Notes: generated by a model from the letters alone, not told the origin. 64,000 nucleotides of DNA from Thermoproteota archaeon (GCA_020833005.1 JAJHRD010000002.1:70287-134286), one strand, 5' to 3'. Positions 17,899 through 27,359 are shown, counted from the stretch's first letter. Translations and numbers: made by a program.

Positions 17899-19098
17899 TT
17901 GTCTAAGAAGATTGATGACATTTTCACAAGCATAATCCATTCACGAATATTCAAAAATAGAGAACTACTTAGACCAGACTATATACCAGATGAACTCCCA
18001 CATAGAGAGAAACAGATAATGGCTATTGCAAAGGTGCTTGCACCATTACTTCAAGATCAAAGACCATCAAACATGTTCCTATACGGATTAACTGGGACAG
18101 GTAAAACTGCCGTGGCAAAATATGTTTTGGAGAGAATTAAAGCTAGAAGGGAAGTTTCGGGGAGAATTCTAACAGCATACGTAAATTGCAGATATGAAGA
18201 CACAGATTACAGAGTACTTGCAACATTAAATGAGGCGATAGGGGTACATGTACCATTCACAGGATTAGCTACAGCGGAAGTATACAAGCGATTCTTGAAT
18301 GGATTAGATAAGAGGAAAGTATCTATGGTGGTTGTGTTAGATGAGATAGATGGACTAGTTAAGAAATGCGGAGATGAACTACTATACAAACTTACAAGGA
18401 TAAACACTGAACTCAAAAATAGCAAACTATGCGTAATAGGGATAACAAATGATCTGAAATTCACAGAGTTCCTAAGCGCCAGAGTTCTAAGCAGCCTTGG
18501 GGAGGAAGAAGTGGTTTTCCCACCATACACTGCACCAGAACTTGAAGACATACTTTTAAGAAGAGTGGAAAAGGCATTTAGAAGTGGAGTCTTGGAAGAT
18601 GGAGTAATACAGTTATGCGCGGCATTAGCTGCAAAAGAGCATGGAGACGCCAGGAGGGCATTGGAACTTTTGAGGATAGCTGGCGAAATAGCTGAGAGGA
18701 ATGGTCAAGACAAGGTAACCATAGAAAATGTGAAACAAGCATATAAGGAGATAGAGAAGGATAGAGTAATAGAAGCCATAACAAGCCTACCACTACACTC
18801 AAAAATCCTCCTACTATCAATATACACGTTGCAATTGGAGATGGGTAAGAGGGAAGCAACCACTGGGGAAATATATGATACATACAAAACATTCTGCGAG
18901 AAAATCAAGATAGACCCACTAACACAGAGGAGGATTGGAGACCTAATAAACGAGCTTGATACGCTAGGAATAATAAATGTGAAGTTAGTGAGTAGGGGGA
19001 GGTATGGAAGGACAAAGATAATAAAGATTGGTGTAAATGAGAAAAGCCTTAGAGAAGGATTATTAAGCGATGAAAAGATATCAAATTTGCTAAAGTAG
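17899..19098 (+). CDS. cdc6-1: Orc1/Cdc6 replication initiator (Cdc6-1 type)
   Basis: 399 aa. LLPDYIPDELPHRE, Walker A YGLTGTGKTAV, VLDEID, and CAALAAKEHGDARRALELLRIAGEIAER in the winged-helix region. TTG start. Confidence 0.95.
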   Translation: MSKKIDDIFTSIIHSRIFKNRELLRPDYIPDELPHREKQIMAIAKVLAPLLQDQRPSNMFLYGLTGTGKTAVAKYVLERIKARREVSGRILTAYVNCRYEDTDYRVLATLNEAIGVHVPFTGLATAEVYKRFLNGLDKRKVSMVVVLDEIDGLVKKCGDELLYKLTRINTELKNSKLCVIGITNDLKFTEFLSARVLSSLGEEEVVFPPYTAPELEDILLRRVEKAFRSGVLEDGVIQLCAALAAKEHGDARRALELLRIAGEIAERNGQDKVTIENVKQAYKEIEKDRVIEAITSLPLHSKILLLSIYTLQLEMGKREATTGEIYDTYKTFCEKIKIDPLTQRRIGDLINELDTLGIINVKLVSRGRYGRTKIIKIGVNEKSLREGLLSDEKISNLLK

Positions 19099-19680
19099 AT
19101 GGAAATGAAGATACTAACATTTGAAGATGGGAAATTTGTTGGAAAGGGGTTTGGGAAAACATTATTGATAGGTTTAAAGACAGAAGACACATTAATTGAA
19201 GACATCTACTTTAGGGAAATTGAAATTGATGGACTTGATGCAACTGAAAAAGCCATTGAAATAATAAATGAAGCAAAACCAATAGACATAATACTTCTAA
19301 ATGGAATATCCTACGCCGGATTCAACTTAATAGATGCTGAGAAAATATGGATTAACCTAAGAATACCATTAATAATATACACTAAGAAAAAGCCAGATAA
19401 TAAGAAGGTTATATCAGCATTAATAAAACATTTCCCAGATTGGCGTATAAGATGGGATATAATAAAAAACACTCTAAAAGCATCGAGAGGGATACATCAA
19501 GTAAAGATAAAAAGCCGTGAAAAACCAGTCTACATTGAAGTCATAGGGATAGACTTAGAGGAAGCAATAAAGATATTGAAGAATAACACCATATGGGGGA
19601 GAACACCGGAACCAATAAGAATAATAGAAATCATAGCTGAAGAATCATCAAAAATATACTTGCAAGTTAAAAATAAATAG
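19099..19680 (+). CDS. Conserved archaeal protein, possibly of the DUF99/UPF0215 (EndoV-like) family
   Basis: 193 aa. Its ATG directly abuts the cdc6 stop. Family assignment is tentative. Confidence 0.35.
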   Translation: MEMKILTFEDGKFVGKGFGKTLLIGLKTEDTLIEDIYFREIEIDGLDATEKAIEIINEAKPIDIILLNGISYAGFNLIDAEKIWINLRIPLIIYTKKKPDNKKVISALIKHFPDWRIRWDIIKNTLKASRGIHQVKIKSREKPVYIEVIGIDLEEAIKILKNNTIWGRTPEPIRIIEIIAEESSKIYLQVKNK

Positions 19681-19706
19681 CAAAAATTAAATCTGAATTA
19701 TAGAAC

Positions 19707-19780
19707 GCCTCGGTAGCTCAGCTCGGTAGAGCGGCGGCCTTGTAAGCCGTTGGTCGCGGGTTCAAATCCCGCCCGAGGCT
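19707..19780 (+). tRNA. tRNA-Thr (anticodon TGT)
   Basis: GCCTCGG/CCGAGGC acceptor stem, anticodon loop CTTGTAA, T arm GCGGG-TTCAAAT-CCCGC. CCA is encoded at 19781-19783. Confidence 0.9.
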
Positions 19781-19800
19781 CCATCCTCTTAAATTAAACT

Positions 19801-19823
19801 GTTTAGGTAAATTTTACCTAAAC
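19801..19823. repeat. Perfect 11-bp inverted repeat with a 1-nt spacer, GTTTAGGTAAA-T-TTTACCTAAAC, 20 nt downstream of tRNA-Thr
   Basis: Read directly from the sequence. The right arm is the exact reverse complement of the left arm. Confidence 0.85.
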
Positions 19824-19965
19824 TTGAAAGGCTATAAGTGGTTCTTCTTAAAATAATGTTGTCCGGGTATGGCTAATGGGAATGAAATTCAAAATAAACT
19901 TTCCTATTAACATTTCATAATCCCTCATTAGAATGACCTAAAAATGTTGAAGTGGATATTAGAAC

Positions 19966-20403
19966 TTAGTCTTTACTTTCAGCAAGCCTTTTAATGAGGT
20001 CCAAGACTTTCTCTTTTATTGCATCTCTGATTTTCCTAGCTTCATCAAGCGGCATATTTGCTGGGTCAGGCATATTCCACTCCTCAACATATCTGGAGTA
20101 TACTATGGGGCAAAGGGCACCACTACACACGATTACTGCTACATCAGCCTTTTCCTGAAGCTCCCTAGTAATCATTTGTGGTTTTTTATGGCTTATGTCT
20201 ATGCCTTCCTCAAGCATTAGCCTTACAGCATTTGGATGAACTTTATCTGCTGGTTTTATTCCAGCACTTATGGCAGTCCAGCCTTTAGGAGCATACTTGT
20301 TAAAGTAAGCTTCAGCAATTTGACTTCTAAAACTATTTTCAACACATACAAATAAAACGGTTTTCAAGTCTATCCATCTCCCCTCAATATTCCCGGGAAT
20401 CAC
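19966..20403 (-). CDS. Low-molecular-weight protein-tyrosine phosphatase or arsenate reductase (LMW-PTP/ArsC family)
   Basis: 145 aa. LFVCVENSFRSQIAEAYF is a CX5R P-loop variant, and DVAVIVCSG is further downstream. Confidence 0.7.
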   Translation of the reverse strand: MIPGNIEGRWIDLKTVLFVCVENSFRSQIAEAYFNKYAPKGWTAISAGIKPADKVHPNAVRLMLEEGIDISHKKPQMITRELQEKADVAVIVCSGALCPIVYSRYVEEWNMPDPANMPLDEARKIRDAIKEKVLDLIKRLAESKD

Positions 20404-20463
20404 ATATAACTATGGCATTATGGGATAAAAATTTATTTCTAACATTACAATACTTTAAATGTT

Positions 20464-20537
20464 GGGCCGGTAGCTCAGCCTGGAAGAGCATCCGCTTGGC
20501 ATGCGGGGGGTCGCGGGTTCAAATCCCGCCCGGTCCA
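20464..20537 (+). tRNA. tRNA-Ala (anticodon GGC)
   Basis: GGGCCGG/CCGGTCC acceptor stem with a G3:U70 pair, and anticodon loop TTGGCAT. Confidence 0.9.
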
Positions 20538-20582
20538 CTACAGTTAAAAATGTTTATGTAATAGATTTGTTGAGATAATTGT

Positions 20583-20647
20583 GAAATGATGTGAAGAGGG
20601 TCAATGAGGGGGGAACCGATGATTTACGCTGGAAACACTGATCATAT
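20583..20647 (+). ncRNA. Candidate C/D-box sRNA
   Basis: C-like box ATGATGT at 20586-20592, internal CGATGAT, D box CTGA at 20638-20641, and TGA/TCA terminal pairing. Confidence 0.25.
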
Positions 20648-20651
20648 AATG

Positions 20652-21362
20652 TTAGACCGTGGAGTATAGGTTCATTTCAATCTCATAATCATGTACAACC
20701 ATTGCGGCTACAACCCATGCATCTAGAGTTTCAGGGTATATTGAGAATTTTACATCGGCCAACTTCAAGTTTTCCTCTGAAAACTCCCCCTCCTGAAATC
20801 CTCCTATAATGACTGCTGGATTATCCTCTTTGACAAGCATTTTCGCTAGATCATTTGGATGTATTCTTTCACCAGCAGAAGTTAATAGTATGGTTTTAGA
20901 TGGGCGAATACTGTTAATTAGATTTGACAAATTGCAAGCCTTAATTGTCATTAGAGGAGTATCACTATTGGGTGGAACTCTTCCAACTTTAAACAATTGC
21001 TCCATTAAACCCACAAATCTATTATAATTCCTTGGTAGGCGGATGGATGGGTGAAAAGTTATGACCATATCATTTATTGTATGAACATACACCTTCACTA
21101 ACCCCCTCTTGCTTGCAGGAAAACCTAAAACATTAAGCAGTATTAAATGTGTTATATCAGGTCTGCCACGTTTCCAAAAATCCTTTAGCGATTTCATAGC
21201 CCAATAATGTTTGGAAATATCTAAGAGAAGTTCAAAACTCTTCTTCCCCCTCCTCTTAGCATCCTTCACCACAGCTGGATGATCACTTATCTCCCTAGGG
21301 ATAAGTTCCAAAGCTGCCTCTCCAACAATTAAGTTAAGATGATTATGCAAAATGAAGAACAC
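20652..21362 (-). CDS. nep1: Ribosome biogenesis protein Nep1/Emg1 (SPOUT-fold pseudouridine N1-methyltransferase)
   Basis: 236 aa. LIVGEAALELIP, RGRPDITHLILLNVL and IRLPRNYNRFVGLMEQL resemble archaeal Nep1. Confidence 0.8.
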   Translation of the reverse strand: MFFILHNHLNLIVGEAALELIPREISDHPAVVKDAKRRGKKSFELLLDISKHYWAMKSLKDFWKRGRPDITHLILLNVLGFPASKRGLVKVYVHTINDMVITFHPSIRLPRNYNRFVGLMEQLFKVGRVPPNSDTPLMTIKACNLSNLINSIRPSKTILLTSAGERIHPNDLAKMLVKEDNPAVIIGGFQEGEFSEENLKLADVKFSIYPETLDAWVVAAMVVHDYEIEMNLYSTV

Positions 21363-21397
21363 CCAATTTAAATATAACCATTAAATCTATTAATTTA

Positions 21398-21706
21398 ATG
21401 CGGAGGATCATACGTGAGATAGGCAGAGAACGCATAGACAAATTATTCAGAATGGCGGAAAAAGTATTTCACGAAAACCCTGAGCTGGCAGATAGGTATG
21501 TGGAGATTGCCCGTAAAATAAGTATGAAAGTCAGAATAAGAATACCGACAAAATGGAGACGTAGATTTTGTCATAAATGCTACACATTCCTAGTTCCAGG
21601 AGTAAACTGCCACGTTAGAATTAGAAGTAGGAGGAGTACGCATATAGTAGTAACATGCCATAAATGTGGAAATAAAATGAGATATATAGTAAAGAGGGGG
21701 AAGTAG
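21398..21706 (+). CDS. rnp4: RNase P protein component 4 (Rpp21/Rnp4)
   Basis: 102 aa. ELADRYVEIARKISMKVRIRIP and a zinc ribbon CHKCYTF...CHKCGN. Confidence 0.8.
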   Translation: MRRIIREIGRERIDKLFRMAEKVFHENPELADRYVEIARKISMKVRIRIPTKWRRRFCHKCYTFLVPGVNCHVRIRSRRSTHIVVTCHKCGNKMRYIVKRGK

Positions 21707-21760
21707 AGGGATACCAGTGAAAAATATTTATTGCAACATCCACTTATTCTATTGATATTA

Positions 21761-22042
21761 ATGGGTAGTGAAAAACGCAAGATCAAATCACTCATAATTA
21801 GAAATGAAATTCCAAAGATAAATGTGGGTAAAAGTGGGTTGACGGAAGCCGTTACGAAGGAGATAGATAGACAACTAGATGAACATGAATTTGTGAAGGT
21901 AAAATTACTCAAGAATTCACCATTAATAGAAGAAGCTGATGTAAAGGAGATAGCTAAAGAGCTGGCTTCATCACTAAAAGCGGAAGTTATAGACGTTAGA
22001 GGGAGAACAATAACATTATATAGAAAATGGAAAAGCAAATAA
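21761..22042 (+). CDS. CRM-domain (YhbY-like) RNA-binding protein
   Basis: Start at the ATG at 21761. KINVGKSGLTEAVTKEIDRQLDEHEFVKVKLLKN...GRTITLYR matches the YhbY/CRS1 fold. Confidence 0.7.
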   Translation: MGSEKRKIKSLIIRNEIPKINVGKSGLTEAVTKEIDRQLDEHEFVKVKLLKNSPLIEEADVKEIAKELASSLKAEVIDVRGRTITLYRKWKSK

Positions 22043-22097
22043 TTTATAATAGATAATACGATTTGAAAAGTAGTTTAACAAAATTTGGTGACGGACA

Positions 22098-22562
22098 TTG
22101 GTTTCACCAAAAACAGTTCCAGCAAATAGATTGATTAAAGAGTTAGCTGAGATTATAAAAGAAAATTACCCACAAATAAAACCGCCAACATGGGCACAAT
22201 ACGTGAAAACAGGAAGCCATAGGGAGAGAATCCCCGATAACCCAGATTGGTGGTATATCCGTGCTGCAGCAATACTTAGAAAAATATATTTAAAGGGTGG
22301 AGTGGGGGTGGAGAGGCTTAGAACAGCCTTTGGCGGAAGGAAGCAGAATGGAACGAAGAAATGCCACTTCAGGAAGGGAGGAGGTAAAATTATTAGAGAG
22401 ATAATGCAACAATTGGAGGATGCAAAACTTGTGAAGAAGGTTGAAGGAAAGGGGAGAACTCTAACTCCCGAAGCTCTCTCACTCCTATACACAACATCGA
22501 ACAAAATATTTAGAAGTCTTATGAAAGAAAATCCTGAACTCAAAAAATACGTTATCGCATAA
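22098..22562 (+). CDS. rps19e: Ribosomal protein S19e
   Basis: 154 aa. PDWWYIRAAAILRKIYLKGGVGVERLRTAFGGRK. TTG start. Confidence 0.9.
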   Translation: MVSPKTVPANRLIKELAEIIKENYPQIKPPTWAQYVKTGSHRERIPDNPDWWYIRAAAILRKIYLKGGVGVERLRTAFGGRKQNGTKKCHFRKGGGKIIREIMQQLEDAKLVKKVEGKGRTLTPEALSLLYTTSNKIFRSLMKENPELKKYVIA

Positions 22563-22578
22563 ATGAGGTGAAGGTAAT

Positions 22579-22929
22579 ATGGCAAATGAGGGAGGTGAAG
22601 AAGAGGGATATGATGAAGAATTAGAGGAAATTAGACGTAAAAGAATGGCGGAATTAAAAAGACAAATAGAGGAAGCTAGAAAGAGGGAGGCAATAGAGGC
22701 AGCTAAACAAGAGGCTTTAAGGAGAATACTTACCCCAGAAGCTAGAAGTAGACTTGCAAATTTAAAAATGGTTAAACCAGAGATAGTTGAGCAAATAGAA
22801 TTACAATTAATACAATTAGCTCAAAGTGGAAGAATTCAAGTACCAATAACCGATGAGCAATTGAAAGAAATATTAAGTAGAGTGATTAGTAGAAGACCAA
22901 CTAAAATTATATGGAAAAGGGGGGAGTAA
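22579..22929 (+). CDS. PDCD5/TFAR19-like dsDNA-binding protein
   Basis: 116 aa. [14 protein letters not shown]...[23 protein letters not shown], in the position it holds in the conserved archaeal ribosomal cluster. Confidence 0.8.
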   Translation: MANEGGEEEGYDEELEEIRRKRMAELKRQIEEARKREAIEAAKQEALRRILTPEARSRLANLKMVKPEIVEQIELQLIQLAQSGRIQVPITDEQLKEILSRVISRRPTKIIWKRGE

Positions 22930-22931
22930 GT

Positions 22932-23087
22932 TTGGCGAGAAATAAACATTTAGCTAGAAAACTTAGATTGGCCCATGCAAATAAGCAAAACTCCCCAGTC
23001 CCATTATGGGTTATTATAAAAACCATGGGTAAGTTTAGGAGACACCCAAAACTCAGACATTGGCGTCAAACAAAATTGAAAGTGTAG
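22932..23087 (+). CDS. rpl39e: Ribosomal protein L39e (51 aa). Too short to appear in the supplied ORF track.
   Basis: Translation from the TTG at 22932 gives [50 protein letters not shown], ending at the TAG at 23085-23087. Confidence 0.8.
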   Translation: MARNKHLARKLRLAHANKQNSPVPLWVIIKTMGKFRRHPKLRHWRQTKLKV

Positions 23088-23097
23088 GGGGATTAGA

Positions 23098-23388
23098 ATG
23101 AGTAAAAGTGGTGAAAAAAAGGAGGATATAGTCCTAGAACGAATATACACAATACCACTAAAAATAGCCTATTATGTACCTAGAGGTAAAAGAACCCCAC
23201 GTGCAGTTAGATTTTTAAAGGAATTCATAATGAAGCATATGAAAACTGATAAAGTGATCATAACCCCAGAAGTAAATGAAATCCTATGGTCAAGAGGCAT
23301 ACAAAAACCCCCAAGAAGGATAAGGGTAAGAGTGACCAAGAATTCAGAGGGGGAGGTAAAGGTATACCCATTTATGGAAAAAGAGTAG
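23098..23388 (+). CDS. rpl31e: Ribosomal protein L31e
   Basis: 96 aa. RIYTIPLK...RTPRAVRFLKEF...IWSRG..KPPRRIRVRV. Confidence 0.9.
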   Translation: MSKSGEKKEDIVLERIYTIPLKIAYYVPRGKRTPRAVRFLKEFIMKHMKTDKVIITPEVNEILWSRGIQKPPRRIRVRVTKNSEGEVKVYPFMEKE

Positions 23389-23401
23389 GGGTAAAAACAA
23401 T

Positions 23402-24079
23402 TTGATAGAGAGACTATCGGTTTATGGAAGTAATAATATAGGGGTTTTCTTCTCAGCATCAGATAAGTATGTTCTAACACCATCAAATATACCAGTAAAG
23501 ATAATGAAGATAGTTGAAGAAGTATTAGGGGTAAAAACAGTACAAATAAACTTATGCAACTCAGTACTCCTAGGAGTATTAACTGTTGGAAACTCCAACG
23601 GGATACTTGTACCATACTATACACCACAAGAAGAAATTGAATATTTAAGAAGGGAGCTAAAGGAGCTAGGAGTAAACATTGAACCATTCCCAAGCAAGAT
23701 AACAGCACTTGGAAACATAATACTCACAAACGATTATGCCTCAATAGTAAGTCCAGACCTAAATAGAGAAGAAATTAAATGTATAAGGGATGTATTAGGT
23801 GTTGAAGTTGAAAAGTACACGATAGCAGGATATAAAGTGGTGGGATCTGTTGGAGTAGCAAGTAATAAGGGGTGCATAGTTCATCCAATGACCACTGAAG
23901 AGGAACTAAAAAATATAAGTGAGATATTAAAAGTTAAGGTGGATGTAGGAACAGTGAATGCAGGATTCCCCATAGTGGGGGTAGGGATAGTGGCCAACTC
24001 CAAAGGAATACTGGTTGGAAGCTCATCCACAGGACCGGAAATAGCACAAATAGAAAGAGTTTTGGGAGGGATGATATGA
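23402..24079 (+). CDS. eif6: Translation initiation factor 6 (aIF6)
   Basis: 225 aa with the pentameric repeat pattern (SNIGVF, GNSNGILVP, GNIILTNDYASIV, SNKGCIVHP). TTG start. Confidence 0.9.
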   Translation: MIERLSVYGSNNIGVFFSASDKYVLTPSNIPVKIMKIVEEVLGVKTVQINLCNSVLLGVLTVGNSNGILVPYYTPQEEIEYLRRELKELGVNIEPFPSKITALGNIILTNDYASIVSPDLNREEIKCIRDVLGVEVEKYTIAGYKVVGSVGVASNKGCIVHPMTTEEELKNISEILKVKVDVGTVNAGFPIVGVGIVANSKGILVGSSSTGPEIAQIERVLGGMI

Positions 24080-24080
24080 T

Positions 24081-24332
24081 ATGAGTGTGAAAATATATAG
24101 GGTAAGTGGCGAAGTAATTCTGAGAAATGGAGCTAACATGAAATTCACATTAGACATACCTGGATTGAAGCCTGAAGAAGCAATTGAAAGAGTCTATTCA
24201 AATTTAAGTGGAATACATAGAGTGAAAAGGGGGAATGTAAGGATTAAAAACATAGAAGTAATAAATCCAAAAGATACAAAAAATAGTTTGATACAAGTTT
24301 TATGGAGAGAGAAGATAAATGAAGAAGATTGA
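24081..24332 (+). CDS. rplX: Ribosomal protein LX (L20A)
   Basis: 83 aa. KIYRVSGEVILRNG...MKFTLDIP. Conserved position between eif6 and pfdA. Confidence 0.8.
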   Translation: MSVKIYRVSGEVILRNGANMKFTLDIPGLKPEEAIERVYSNLSGIHRVKRGNVRIKNIEVINPKDTKNSLIQVLWREKINEED

Positions 24333-24765
24333 TCGAAAAGAGGTTGAAGAAGAAGTTGGCAGACTATACGCACAGATAACCACACTAAATTCAATAGCAG
24401 ACGCATTAAAGGAGCAGAGTGAAATCTTACAAAGACAGATAATAGACACCCAACTCGCGCTGGAAACTTTAAATGAAATAAGTAAACTGGAAAAAAATCA
24501 TAAAGTTATACTGCCACTAGGATCACAAATAATGGTTGATGCAGTAATAGTGGACAATGAAAATGCATATGTAAACGTAGGCTCCAACATAATAATCAAA
24601 AAACCAAATAAAGAGGTAATAGAAATACTTGAGAAGAGAATGGAAGCCCTACAAAAACAGCAAATGGAAATACAGCAGAAATTAACAGAAACATTAAGTG
24701 GAATAGAATACTTACAAAATCAATTAAACACATTAATACAACAATTGAGAGAAAAAGGCACTTAA
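24319..24765 (+). CDS. pfdA: Prefoldin alpha subunit
   Basis: 148 aa. Coiled-coil, beta-hairpin (ILPLGSQIMVDAVIVDNENAYVNVGSNIIIKK), coiled-coil layout. Confidence 0.85.
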   Translation: MKKIDRKEVEEEVGRLYAQITTLNSIADALKEQSEILQRQIIDTQLALETLNEISKLEKNHKVILPLGSQIMVDAVIVDNENAYVNVGSNIIIKKPNKEVIEILEKRMEALQKQQMEIQQKLTETLSGIEYLQNQLNTLIQQLREKGT

Positions 24766-24777
24766 GGATGATGAATA

Positions 24778-25686
24778 TTGTTCAGCAAACTCAAAAACGC
24801 AATAAAACAAATAATTGAAATAGTATCCACAAAGACACTATCAAAGGAAGAATTAGAACCAATACTATTCGAGTGGAAAATGCAATTAGTAAGCTGTGAT
24901 GTAGCATATACAGTTGCAGAATACTTGGAGAAGAGAATACTTGAAACATTGACAGGCTCAAAAATCCCAAGAAACGAAGACCCAGCAACGAGGGTAAGGG
25001 AGTGTATAAAGAAAGCAATAATGGATATACTTGTAGAAGCAGGGGAAATGGATTTAGAAGAGGAAATTAGTAGGAGGATTAGAAGTGGAGAAACACCAGT
25101 AAAAATAGTCTTCGTAGGAGTAAATGGTAGCGGTAAAACTACCACCATAGCAAAACTTGCATTCAAACTTAAAGAGAAGAATATAAACTCTGTTCTCGCA
25201 TGTAGCGACACATTTAGAGCTGGAGCTGAGGAGCAACTGGCTATACACGCAAATAGAATTGGAGTGAAAATGATAAAACACACCTACGGAGCAGATCCAG
25301 CGGCAGTAGCTTATGATGCTGTGAAATATGCACAAGCACATAAAATACCAGTAGTACTAATAGACACAGCTGGAAGAATGCATACAGACAAAGATCTAAT
25401 GATGGAATTAACAAAGATAATTAGAGTCATCAACGCAGACTACACAATATTCATTGGAGATGCACTAACAGGCAATGATGCACTAAACCAAGCAGAAACC
25501 TTCAACAAATATGTGGGTATAAGTGGATCAATAATAACGAAGGTGGATGCAGATGTAAGAGGCGGAGTAGCCCTATCAATAATGTTTGCAACAAAGAAAC
25601 CAATACTATACATTGGAACAGGACAAAAATACACAGATTTAGTTAAATTCGATGGAAACTGGTTAATACAAAAAATAGTAGAATAA
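24778..25686 (+). CDS. ftsY: Signal recognition particle receptor FtsY
   Basis: 302 aa. NG domain with GVNGSGKTTTIAKLA, DTFRAGA, DTAGRMH and TKVDAD. TTG start. Confidence 0.9.
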   Translation: MFSKLKNAIKQIIEIVSTKTLSKEELEPILFEWKMQLVSCDVAYTVAEYLEKRILETLTGSKIPRNEDPATRVRECIKKAIMDILVEAGEMDLEEEISRRIRSGETPVKIVFVGVNGSGKTTTIAKLAFKLKEKNINSVLACSDTFRAGAEEQLAIHANRIGVKMIKHTYGADPAAVAYDAVKYAQAHKIPVVLIDTAGRMHTDKDLMMELTKIIRVINADYTIFIGDALTGNDALNQAETFNKYVGISGSIITKVDADVRGGVALSIMFATKKPILYIGTGQKYTDLVKFDGNWLIQKIVE

Positions 25687-25747
25687 ATTAACATCGAAAA
25701 ATAAACAATTTTATATTACAAAACAACACTAAATAGCTACAGAGAAC

Positions 25748-26677
25748 ATGTCACTCAAAGGTAGAGACCTCTTAACATTACAAGAATTCACAACCGAGGA
25801 ATTATGGAAACTATTAAAATTAGCAGAAAAGATGAAGATGGAATATTACTCTGGGGAGAGAGTAAAGGAAGTTTTGAAGGGGAAAACTTTAGCAATGATA
25901 TTTCAGAAACCATCAACAAGGACAAGAGTATCCTTCGAAGTGGCAATGCATCAATTGGGTGGAAAAGCATTATACCTAAGCTGGAATGAACTACAACTTG
26001 GTAGGGGGGAAACAATAAGCGATACAGCAAAAGTCCTCAGTAGATATGTGGATGGTATTATGGCAAGGGTATATAGGCACATAGACCTAGAAGAGATGGC
26101 CAGAGCAGCCACAATACCAGTAATAAATGGTTTAAGCGATCTACATCACCCATGCCAAGCACTATCAGATGTATTTACAATGTACGAGAAGAAGGGGTAT
26201 TTAAAGGGGATTAGAGTAGCATTCATTGGAGATGGCTCAAACAACGTATGTAGCTCACTAATAATAGCATCCACAAAATTTGGAATACATGTAAACGTAG
26301 CATCACCAAAGGACTACATGCCCAGACAAGATGTAATGAAAATAGCTGAAATAAACTCCATTGAAAGCGGATCCACAGTAAACTTGTATACATCACCGGA
26401 GGAAGCTGTGAAAAATGTGGACTTCATATACACAGACGTATGGGTAAGCATGGGACAAGAGGAGGAGAGTGAGAAAAGGATGAAAGTATTCGCACCATAC
26501 CAAGTGAATAAAAAATTGTTGTCATATTCTCCAAAGGCAATGGTGATGCACTGCTTACCAGCACACCGCGGCTTAGAAATAACTGATGAAGTCATTGATT
26601 CAGAAAACTCAATAGTTTGGGATCAAGCTGAAAACAGGCTACATGTACAAAAAGCAATACTAGCATCACTACTATAA
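25748..26677 (+). CDS. argF: Ornithine carbamoyltransferase
   Basis: 309 aa. STRTR, HPCQ, DVWVSMGQE and HCLPAHRGLE, which together favour OTCase over ATCase. Confidence 0.85.
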   Translation: MSLKGRDLLTLQEFTTEELWKLLKLAEKMKMEYYSGERVKEVLKGKTLAMIFQKPSTRTRVSFEVAMHQLGGKALYLSWNELQLGRGETISDTAKVLSRYVDGIMARVYRHIDLEEMARAATIPVINGLSDLHHPCQALSDVFTMYEKKGYLKGIRVAFIGDGSNNVCSSLIIASTKFGIHVNVASPKDYMPRQDVMKIAEINSIESGSTVNLYTSPEEAVKNVDFIYTDVWVSMGQEEESEKRMKVFAPYQVNKKLLSYSPKAMVMHCLPAHRGLEITDEVIDSENSIVWDQAENRLHVQKAILASLL

Positions 26678-26740
26678 TGCAAAAACCAACAACAATTTTA
26701 TATGATAAAGATTCCCCTTAAATCTAGAGGCGTGAACGTG

Positions 26741-26911
26741 ATGAGCAGCTTCAGAGAATCCATTAAAAGGATCATAAGACTATCTAGGAAACCAACATGG
26801 GAAGAATACTCATTAACCATAAGAATATGCATACTAGGACTTCTGATACTCGGTGGATATGGATTCATAATACAGTTAATATCACTAGTTTTACAAGCAT
26901 TACCAAGGTGA
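26741..26911 (+). CDS. secE: Protein translocase subunit SecE (Sec61 gamma)
   Basis: Start at the ATG at 26741. Short basic N-terminus followed by a single transmembrane helix. Lies upstream of spt5, as in other archaea. Confidence 0.75.
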   Translation: MSSFRESIKRIIRLSRKPTWEEYSLTIRICILGLLILGGYGFIIQLISLVLQALPR

Positions 26912-26915
26912 AAAT

Positions 26916-27359
26916 ATGGCGCCATACTACACTATTAGAACAACCGCTGGACAAGAAAACAATGTTGCATTACTAATAGAAGCAAGAGCAAAAGCTGCAG
27001 ATATGGGGGTACTCTCAATAATAGTGCCAAAAGACATCAATGGATTCATATTCATAGAAGTAACTCATGCCACGAAAATAATGAATGCAATAAGTGGAAT
27101 AAGACATGTAAAGGGGTGGATTCCAGGAGTTGTAAACATAGAGGAAATAGAGAAATTTCTAATTCAAAAACCACCACTAGAAGGATTAAATGTGGGAGAT
27201 ATCGTTGAGATAGTAAGTGGCCCATTCAGAGGTATGACTGGTAAAATAACAAAGATAAATGCGGAGAAAGAGGAAGTGACATTGGAATTATTGGAGGTAA
27301 CGTATACATTGCCAATAACAATAAATGCTGATGCCGTAAGGAAAGCTTCAAAAACTTAA
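26916..27359 (+). CDS. spt5: Transcription elongation factor Spt5 (NusG)
   Basis: 147 aa. NGN domain plus a KOW motif GDIVEIVSGPFRGMTGKI. Confidence 0.9.
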   Translation: MAPYYTIRTTAGQENNVALLIEARAKAADMGVLSIIVPKDINGFIFIEVTHATKIMNAISGIRHVKGWIPGVVNIEEIEKFLIQKPPLEGLNVGDIVEIVSGPFRGMTGKITKINAEKEEVTLELLEVTYTLPITINADAVRKASKT

